64,000 nucleotides of DNA from contig CAVJMJ010000010.1 in the NCBI GenBank assembly GCA_963650915.1, positions 1,836-65,835 of the forward strand. The letters run 5' to 3'. Source of the DNA: Parasutterella excrementihominis. GTDB lineage: Bacteria; Bacillota; Clostridia; Christensenellales; Borkfalkiaceae. Both the position numbers and the translations under genes were made by a program. The notes under the pieces were generated by a model, which was given only the letters and a program-made list of their open reading frames with translations, did not search any database and was not told the DNA's origin. Of this stretch, positions 48,845 through 55,699 are shown piece after piece (the first letter of the stretch is position 1; each line of letters starts with the position of its first letter).

Positions 48845-49489
48845 CGTATGCGTTTTGTTATAACGCATACGAATTTTTGTCTTTTTCTCGTATGCGTTTT
48901 GCTATAACGCATACGACTTTTCTTTTTTTACTCGTATGCGTTTTGTTATAACGCATACGACTTTTCTTTTTTTACTCGTATGCGTTTTGTTATAACGCAT
49001 ACGACTTTTCTTTTTTTACTCGTATGCGTTTTGTTATAACGCATACGACTTTTCTTTTTTTACTCGTATGCGTTTTGTTATAACGCATACGACTTTTCTT
49101 TTTTTACTCGTATGCGTTTTGTTATAACGCATACGACTTTTTGTCTTTTTACCCGTATGCGTTTTGTTATAACGCATACGATTTTTTGTCTTTTTCTCGT
49201 ATGCGTTTTGCTATAACGCATACGACTTTTCTTTTTTTACTCGTATGCGTTTTGTTATAACGCATACGACTTTTCTTTTTTTACTCGTATGCGTTTTGTT
49301 ATAACGCATACGACTTTTCTTTTTTTACTCGTATGCGTTTTGTTATAACGCATACGACTTTTTGTCTTTTTACCCGTATGCGTTTTGTTATAACGCATAC
49401 GATTTTTTGTCTTTTTCTCGTATGCGTTTTGCTATAACGCATACGAATTTTTGTCTTTTTCTCGTATGCGTTTTGTTATAACGCATACG
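48845..49489 (+). repeat. array of 15 tandem 44-bp hairpin units, terminator-like on the + strand
   Basis: Each unit is CGTATGCGTT-TTGTTAT-AACGCATACG (a perfect 10-bp stem) followed by ACTTTTCTTTTTTT. Hairpins start at 48845, 48889, 48933, 48977, 49021, 49065, 49109, 49154, 49198, 49242, 49286, 49330, 49375, 49419 and 49463. Confidence 0.9.
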
Positions 49490-49590
49490 ATTATATATAT
49501 TGTCAAGCGATTTTTTTAATTGTATATAAACTTTCTGACGAATGCAATTTTTTGTTGCTAAAAATTTGCAAATAATTAGCAAAAAATCGC

Positions 49591-49642
49591 TTGACAATAT
49601 ACCCCTCGGGGGTATACAATAAAAATACCCCGTGGGGGTATT
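49591..49642 (+). promoter_or_regulatory. sigma-70-type promoter overlapped by two CsoR-operator-like GC-rich palindromes
   Basis: TTGACA (49591-49596), an 18-nt spacer, then TACAAT (49615-49620). ATATACCCCTCGGGGGTATA (49597-49616) lies between the -35 and -10. AATACCCCGTGGGGGTATT (49624-49642) lies just downstream. Both fit the ATACCC-N4-GGGTAT type of CsoR box as I recall it. Confidence 0.6.
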
Positions 49643-49680
49643 CTGATATGTTAAGGTCGAGCAAAGATAGACTTTACATC

Positions 49681-50242
49681 GTTAGCCTTCACCTGGTAGG
49701 GGAAGGGGGACCGCCTTGCGGTGGATGAGGTTGGACGGTTTAAATAGCCGCAACGCTAATATTAACTTTCCAACCTCCTCAGTCGCTACGCGACAGCTCC
49801 CCCTACCAGGTGAAGGCTTGCTGACGCACGCCACCTGTCCACCTCGGCTAAAATAGCCTCGGGCTACGGCTACAAACAGCGCACTGTACTGTTTGCTTAA
49901 CACTTACGCACCTCATCCGAGGTGAAGGTTTGCTGACGCTCAGTAAGTCTTTTCTGAGATGTGACGCCTGCGCACCTCATCCGAGGTGAAGGCTAACAAG
50001 GTTGGACGGCTTATATAACTGTAAAGTTTATAAATACTTCGATAACAAAAAAAACATTCTATATGTCCATTATTGCTGTTTTTTTATAAGGTTGAGCGAT
50101 TATATTAACTTTCCAACCTCATCCGTCGCTACGCGCCACCTTCCCCTACCAGGTGAAGGCTTGCTGACGCTTAACATATGCCTTTCAAGGTGAAGGCTTG
50201 CTGACGCATTTACGCACCTTACAAGGTGAAGGCTTGCTGACG
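49681..50242. repeat. cluster of structured palindromic repeats (copies 2 and 3 plus three short box units) in the csoR-copA leader
   Basis: There is an 18-bp perfect stem between 49685-49702 and 49800-49817. GGTGAAGGCTTGCTGACG(C) boxes lie at 49809, 49921, 50152, 50189 and 50225, with a variant at 49985. Confidence 0.8.
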
Positions 50243-50404
50243 AAATTACAAATACGGAATGGCAATTTTTATAATATGCGCGGCTTTGCCGCTAGATCCT
50301 TCGTCACCTCAGGATGACCCTGACGGAAGACTTTGTCTACGTGGTGAAACCTTTCATGTGAAGGCAGAAAAGTTAACAAAAAAATTACTAAAAAGGTAGA
50401 AAAA

Positions 50405-50707
50405 ATGGAAAAATGTCCGTGTTGCGCGAGGAAAACTACCGAGCGCGAAGAAAGTCAAAAAAAGAGCCTTATTAACAGGCTTAACCGCATTGAAGGTCAG
50501 ATAAGAGGCATTAAAAAAATGCTCGAGGACGACGCTTACTGCCCCGATATTTTAACACAGTCGGCTGCCGTGAACGCCGCCGTTAACGCCTTCAATAAGG
50601 AGCTTTTGTCCAACCACATCAAAGGTTGCGTCAAACGCGACATCTTGGACGGCAACGAGGAAGTCATCGACGAACTCGTTTCCCTTTTGCAAAAACTCAT
50701 GAGGTAA
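50405..50707 (+). CDS. csoR: CsoR family copper-sensing transcriptional repressor
   Basis: 100-aa ORF. It has the RIEGQIRGIKKM helix and the C...H...C ligand pattern (YCPDIL ... NHIKGC). Confidence 0.88.
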   Translation: MEKCPCCARKTTEREESQKKSLINRLNRIEGQIRGIKKMLEDDAYCPDILTQSAAVNAAVNAFNKELLSNHIKGCVKRDILDGNEEVIDELVSLLQKLMR

Positions 50708-50713
50708 TATGAT

Positions 50714-53518
50714 ATGCAAAAATACGATGTTACGGGCATGAGTTGTGCGGCGTGCTCGAGTAGAATCGAAAAGGTCGTTTCTAAACTCGACGGCGTTAAA
50801 AATTGCTCGGTAAATTTACTTTTGAATTCCATGATTGTCGAGGGCGATATCGACCCCGATACGGTAATTATGGCGGTCGAGCGTGCAGGTTACGGCGCAA
50901 AACTTAGAGATTCAGGCGCAAGCCAAAATTCCACAGTATTCCAAAATTCAGGCGCAAATGCGAGCGCAAATGTCGGCGTGAGCCAAGGCATGGACGCATT
51001 TCAAAATTCCGCCACATATCAAAATGCGGGTGTAAGCCAAGATTCCTGTACGTTGCAAAATTCGGATAGCGTGTCCCAAAATTCTTGCACTTTGCAAAAT
51101 TCGGGCGCATTTCAAAATTCTTCCACGGTACAAAATTCGGGCGGGGGTAAAGCAGAAAAGGGCGGTAGTAAAAGGGCGAAAAAACGGATAAAGACTTACG
51201 ACGAAGAAATTTCAAAAATGAAAAAAAGGTTGTTTTCTTCGCTCGCGTTTTTGATTGTGCTTATGTACGTTTCGATGGGGCATATGATGTTCGGTTTCCC
51301 CTTGCCCGCATTTTTTAACGGCAACCACGTGGCGATGGGGCTTTTGGAAATGCTCCTTACCATTATTATAATGGTCATCAATCAAAAGTTCTTTATAAGC
51401 GGGTTCAAAAGCCTGATACGGCGGGCGCCGAATATGGACGCACTCGTCGCAATCGGCTCCATGACGGCGTTTATTTACAGTACCGTATCACTTTTTTTGA
51501 TGACGGACGCCGTTACGCGCGGAGATAACGCTTTGGCGGGAAAATACATGGACGAGTTTTATTTCGAGTCCGCCGCAATGATTCTTACGCTTATCACCCT
51601 CGGCAAACTGTTGGAAGCGTATTCCAAGGGCAAAACGACCAATGCATTAAAAAGCCTTGCTTTACTGAAACCGCAGTCGGCAACCGTACTCGTCGACGGT
51701 AAGGAAGTTACGGTTCCCATTGCAAAAATCAAAATCGGCGACACTTTTATAGTTCACCCCGGGGAAGCCGTCCCGGTGGACGGAATTGTTTTAAGCGGTA
51801 ACAGTGCAATCGACGAATCCATGCTTACGGGCGAGTCGGTACCGTCCGATAAAAGCGAAAACAGCCTCGTGTTTTCGGGGACTTTGAACAGTTACGGCTT
51901 TTTAACGTGCAGGGCGACCAAGGTCGGTGAGGACACTACGCTGTCTAAAATCATTAAAACCGTCGAAGAGGTTTCGATGACCAAAGCACCCATTGCAAAA
52001 ATCGCAGATAAAGTTTCAGGCGTTTTCGTGCCGACCGTCATCGGCATTGCACTCGTTACGGTAATAGTTTGGCTTGCAGTCGGCAAGTCCGTCGGGTTTG
52101 CACTCGCAAGAGGAATTTCCGTACTCGTTATAAGTTGCCCCTGCGCTTTGGGGCTTGCCACCCCCGTCGCAATTATGGTGGGTAGCGGTGTTGGTGCGAA
52201 AAACGGCATTTTGTTTAAAACGGCAGAATCCCTCGAAAAAACCGGCGAGGCAAAAATCGTCGTTCTCGATAAAACGGGGACGATTACCGAGGGTAAACCG
52301 TCGGTTACCGACGTCGTCCCATGCGTGGGGGTAACTTCAAGCGAACTTTTAACCTACGCTTTTGCCTTGGAAGCAAAAAGCGAACACCCCTTGTCCCTTG
52401 CCGTAAAGGACGAGGCGGAAAGGAAAAATATCGAACGGTTGGAGGTCGAAAACTTTCAAAATATGTCCGGTAACGGGCTTATAGCCCGACTTTTTGGCAA
52501 AACCTTAGTCGGCGGAAACTATAACTTTATTAAAAATTACGCTAAGATATCGGATGAAATTCGCGATGCTTCGGACAGACTGTCTAACGAGGGCAAAACT
52601 CCCCTTTACTTTTCTTACGACGGGAAACTTTTGGGCGTTATAGCCGTTGCGGATACCATAAAACCAGATAGCGTTGACGCTATTAAAAAATTGCAAAAGT
52701 CGGGGCTAAAAGTTGTGATGCTTACCGGCGATAACCAAAAAACGGCTAACGCCATCGGAAAAATAGTCGGCGTCGACGAGGTTATTTCGGGCGTGCTTCC
52801 CGACGGCAAACAACGGGTTATCGACGACCTTAAAAAACAAGGTTCGGTCATTATGGTCGGCGACGGCATCAACGACGCTTTGGCTCTTACGACCGCCGAC
52901 GTCGGCATTGCTATCGGCAAAGGCTCGGACGTCGCAATAGATTCCGCCGACGTGGTTTTGATGAAAAACAGCCTCGAAGGCGTCTTTACCGCCGTAAATT
53001 TGAGCAAGTCGACGCTAAGAAATATCAAGGAAAACCTGTTTTGGGCGTTCTTTTATAATTCTTTGGGCATTCCCCTCGCCGCGGGCGCGTTTATAAATTT
53101 GTTCGGTTGGCAGTTGAACCCCATGTTCGGCGCGGCGGCTATGAGTTTGTCAAGTTTCTTCGTCGTCATGAACGCTTTACGCCTTAACCTTTTTAAACCG
53201 AATAAAAACAGTAAAAATAAAAACGTTAACCGCAGTGGCGACACGAATAAAAATTGCGAAGTTAACTGCAGTGGCGGAACGAATAACAATTGCGACAAGG
53301 AGGTCGTTATGAATAAAACTTTAAAAATAAACGGTATGATGTGCGGACACTGCGAAGCCCACGTCAAAAAAGCCCTCGAAGCAATCGACGGCGTAAAATC
53401 TGCGGAGGCAAACCACGTAAACGGCACGGCTAAAGTCGTGCTTGATAAAGAGGTTTCCGACAACGCACTGAAATCCGCCGTCGAAGCCGAAGGTTATACC
53501 GTTACCGAAATCATTTAA
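50714..53518 (+). CDS. copA: copper-translocating P1B-type ATPase with an N-terminal HMA domain, a QNS-rich repeat linker and an extra C-terminal HMA (CopZ-like) domain
   Basis: GMSCAACS (N-terminal HMA), CPC (SCPCALGLATP), DKTGT, GDGINDA, and a second GMMCGHCE HMA domain at nt 53309-53515. Confidence 0.92.
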   Translation: MQKYDVTGMSCAACSSRIEKVVSKLDGVKNCSVNLLLNSMIVEGDIDPDTVIMAVERAGYGAKLRDSGASQNSTVFQNSGANASANVGVSQGMDAFQNSATYQNAGVSQDSCTLQNSDSVSQNSCTLQNSGAFQNSSTVQNSGGGKAEKGGSKRAKKRIKTYDEEISKMKKRLFSSLAFLIVLMYVSMGHMMFGFPLPAFFNGNHVAMGLLEMLLTIIIMVINQKFFISGFKSLIRRAPNMDALVAIGSMTAFIYSTVSLFLMTDAVTRGDNALAGKYMDEFYFESAAMILTLITLGKLLEAYSKGKTTNALKSLALLKPQSATVLVDGKEVTVPIAKIKIGDTFIVHPGEAVPVDGIVLSGNSAIDESMLTGESVPSDKSENSLVFSGTLNSYGFLTCRATKVGEDTTLSKIIKTVEEVSMTKAPIAKIADKVSGVFVPTVIGIALVTVIVWLAVGKSVGFALARGISVLVISCPCALGLATPVAIMVGSGVGAKNGILFKTAESLEKTGEAKIVVLDKTGTITEGKPSVTDVVPCVGVTSSELLTYAFALEAKSEHPLSLAVKDEAERKNIERLEVENFQNMSGNGLIARLFGKTLVGGNYNFIKNYAKISDEIRDASDRLSNEGKTPLYFSYDGKLLGVIAVADTIKPDSVDAIKKLQKSGLKVVMLTGDNQKTANAIGKIVGVDEVISGVLPDGKQRVIDDLKKQGSVIMVGDGINDALALTTADVGIAIGKGSDVAIDSADVVLMKNSLEGVFTAVNLSKSTLRNIKENLFWAFFYNSLGIPLAAGAFINLFGWQLNPMFGAAAMSLSSFFVVMNALRLNLFKPNKNSKNKNVNRSGDTNKNCEVNCSGGTNNNCDKEVVMNKTLKINGMMCGHCEAHVKKALEAIDGVKSAEANHVNGTAKVVLDKEVSDNALKSAVEAEGYTVTEII

Positions 53519-53671
53519 CTTAGCGTTACCGAAAACTTTAATTTACAACAAGTTAAATGTAACAAAAAGTGCAAAAACTTACGTCTTAATGTAGTAAAAA
53601 ATGCAAAACGCTTTTAAGTAAAATTACAACGCAAAACGCTACAAAAGTAAAGTGCTAAAAACACAAAAAAC

Positions 53672-53712
53672 CCGCCTATAAGCCCGTTTCCGAGCCTATA
53701 GGCGGTTTTTTT
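53672..53712 (+). terminator. intrinsic terminator after copA, built from two copies of the dispersed motif arm
   Basis: CCGCCTATA (53672-53680) and TATAGGCGG (53697-53705) form the stem, followed by TTTTTTT. An A-run precedes it, so it could act in both directions. Confidence 0.7.
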
Positions 53713-53757
53713 AAAATAAGACAAGGGGGATGATCTTATTAAAATAACTATAAAAAA

Positions 53758-54198
53758 TTACAAAATCGTAACGGTGCCGTCTTCTTTTACTTCAATCGTA
53801 TCGCCCGTTTTTACGGTTGATAAAAACTCGTCGCCGAGTTGGTCGACTGCGATAAGTTTACTGTTTTCCCATACGACGGAAAGTATTACGCCTGCGCCCG
53901 CAAGCGAGTCGATGTGTTCGGAAAACAGCATGCAAGCGGGGTTGATACCCATCGAGCAGATAACCTGAATTACCATACCGCCCGTCGTCGAACCGATGGT
54001 TTGCGGAAGGCAAAGCGCCTTACCCGTAATGTTTTTGCCGTAAATATCGGGGTTGTTTTGGTCGGCGACTATTACTTGTTTTGCATTGGATAGTGCGGAT
54101 TTTTGGAAGGTTGCAAGCGTGTTGACACCTTGATGCGAAACCACCGCTTCGCCTTTAAAATAACCGCCGTTTATAACGCGTCCTTTAAATTGCTTCAT
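53758..54198 (-). CDS. aconitase X swivel-domain protein (DUF126, AcnX small subunit)
   Basis: 146-aa ORF. Size, the GEAVVS...GVNTL pattern and its position directly after a DUF521-like gene fit AcnX type II. Confidence 0.7.
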   Translation of the reverse strand: MKQFKGRVINGGYFKGEAVVSHQGVNTLATFQKSALSNAKQVIVADQNNPDIYGKNITGKALCLPQTIGSTTGGMVIQVICSMGINPACMLFSEHIDSLAGAGVILSVVWENSKLIAVDQLGDEFLSTVKTGDTIEVKEDGTVTIL

Positions 54199-54200
54199 TT

Positions 54201-55496
54201 TTAGCCCTCCTTGTTTCCCGTTATAATGTCTAAAAGTTCGTCGTCTTTATAGTACCTTGCTACCGAATAAGTCCTCAATTTGTTTGAACAGGTCATCATT
54301 CTTCTCGACTTAGTAAGCGGATTCGACGTGTACATGAGCGGGCAGATGCAAGTGACCCTTGCCCCCGTTTTTATAAGTTTTTGATACTTTTCGGTCTTTA
54401 CGAACTCTTCTCTTACCGGCGGTGCCGTGCAAAGGACGGTTTGGCAGGTTACCTTGTCGTTACCGCTTCTTTGCAAGCCGTCAATGATTTTGTCCGCCCA
54501 GTCTTCGAGTTGTACCCTCGATAAATGGGGACAACCGATAAAGGCAAGCGTTCCCGATTTTTCGGGGTGCTTCCACATAACGGGGTAAGACTTATAAACT
54601 CTTTCGAGTTCCTTGTCGTCGATGACGTACTCTTTGTAATTCTCTTCAAGCAAACTTTCGCCGAGTTCGACAGCCTCGGGCGTAAGGTTTTCGATGTGGT
54701 AAAGCCCTACCGCGCCGTTTGACGCCGTCGCCGCTCCGAAATCTTTTAAATATGCCTTGCATTCGTCGGTAAGTTCGGTGCCTATCCATTTGTCAAGCCC
54801 TACTACGTAAGGTACGTCTTCCATAACCTTAATGCCGATTGCCGAGCCGAGAATTTGCGGAATGGGTTTTTTGGTCGTTTTTACTATTACCTTCCACTTC
54901 GCCTTTCTGCCTTCGTCGGTTAAAAGCCCGAATTTGGGAACGTAACCTATTATCGAGCCGAAAATGTCTATCATGCCCGAGTTACGATTGCATCTTGCGC
55001 CCAACACCGAGTTTGCGTAGTTTACCGCACTCGATTCCGCCCAAGAGAGTATGTCGCCTTTTTTGGGAACGTTGCCCATTTCGTCAAAGTAGCAGGCGCA
55101 ACTAAACGCATCCTTTGATTTTAACCCGAGTTTGGTAAGTTGGGCTTCGTAATCATTTTGCTTTCCGTATAATATCGTTGAGAACAAAAGTTTGTCGAGT
55201 AAATTGCATTTTACGTTTTTAAAATCGACGGGACGGGGGTCCATCGTGAACCCTTCTTCCACCTTTAACCCCGCCGAAATTAGTTCGTCCATAGTGCGGT
55301 AAACGGGTTTTAAAAGGGATAGCCCGAACGAGGTAACGAGGTGACCTTCGCCGTGGGTTACCTTGACGAGTTCGTCGGCTTCGAACATATCGCCGTAACG
55401 GACGATTGTTTCCATGACCTTTGCTTTGACTTCGCCTTCCGAGCCGTTTAAAACGGCAAGTTGCTCGTCGGTTAATTTCATTTTATATTCGTACAT
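54201..55496 (-). CDS. aconitase X catalytic-domain protein (DUF521, AcnX large subunit)
   Basis: 431-aa ORF with conserved Cys-containing segments (FIGCPHLS, CICPLM). It is paired with DUF126. Confidence 0.7.
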   Translation of the reverse strand: MYEYKMKLTDEQLAVLNGSEGEVKAKVMETIVRYGDMFEADELVKVTHGEGHLVTSFGLSLLKPVYRTMDELISAGLKVEEGFTMDPRPVDFKNVKCNLLDKLLFSTILYGKQNDYEAQLTKLGLKSKDAFSCACYFDEMGNVPKKGDILSWAESSAVNYANSVLGARCNRNSGMIDIFGSIIGYVPKFGLLTDEGRKAKWKVIVKTTKKPIPQILGSAIGIKVMEDVPYVVGLDKWIGTELTDECKAYLKDFGAATASNGAVGLYHIENLTPEAVELGESLLEENYKEYVIDDKELERVYKSYPVMWKHPEKSGTLAFIGCPHLSRVQLEDWADKIIDGLQRSGNDKVTCQTVLCTAPPVREEFVKTEKYQKLIKTGARVTCICPLMYTSNPLTKSRRMMTCSNKLRTYSVARYYKDDELLDIITGNKEG

Positions 55497-55699
55497 GTCG
55501 TATCTCCTTATCGTATTTAATATAAAAACCGTAAATTTCAGTCGTTTTTTGCCGTTAACGGGCTTATAGCCCGACTTTTTTAGTCAAACCGATACAGTTT
55601 CCGTGTTGCGGTTTACTTTTTTATTTAACCGCAATTTTAATCGTTTTTTGCAGTTAACGGGCTTATAGACGGACTTTTACGGTTTTACGAGCTAATTTT

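Noticed and set aside
48845-49489. CRISPR array (regular 44-bp period; likewise the 35-bp array at 38257-38500).
   Set aside because: There are no unique spacers. The whole 44-bp (or 35-bp) unit repeats, the inter-hairpin segments are T-rich variants of each other, and there are no cas genes in the window.
49499-49598. A perfect 18-bp inverted repeat pair flanking 64 bp just upstream of the CsoR promoter, considered as an invertible switch.
   Set aside because: The right arm contains the -35 box itself, so inversion would regenerate the same promoter sequence, and no functional on/off change is evident. It is more likely a duplicated promoter fragment or cruciform, and is mentioned under the CsoR finding only.
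48126-49903. Small ORFs 48126-48320 (64 aa) and 49682-49903 (73 aa) share the peptide SKPSPGRGSCRVATEEVGKLIL...KPSNLIHRKAVP. Plus-strand ORFs share INFPTSSVATRQLPLPGE.
   Set aside because: The similarity simply reflects the repeated palindromic DNA element. Both strands are open, as expected for a palindrome. There is no RBS or plausible start context, and the composition is atypical.
49985-50010. GGTGAAGGCTAACAAGGTTGGACGG resembles the 16S rRNA 3' region GGTGAAGTCGTAACAAGGTAGCCGT.
   Set aside because: Only ~25 nt of imperfect similarity are present, with no further rRNA sequence around it. I cannot exclude chance, so it is not called as an rRNA fragment.
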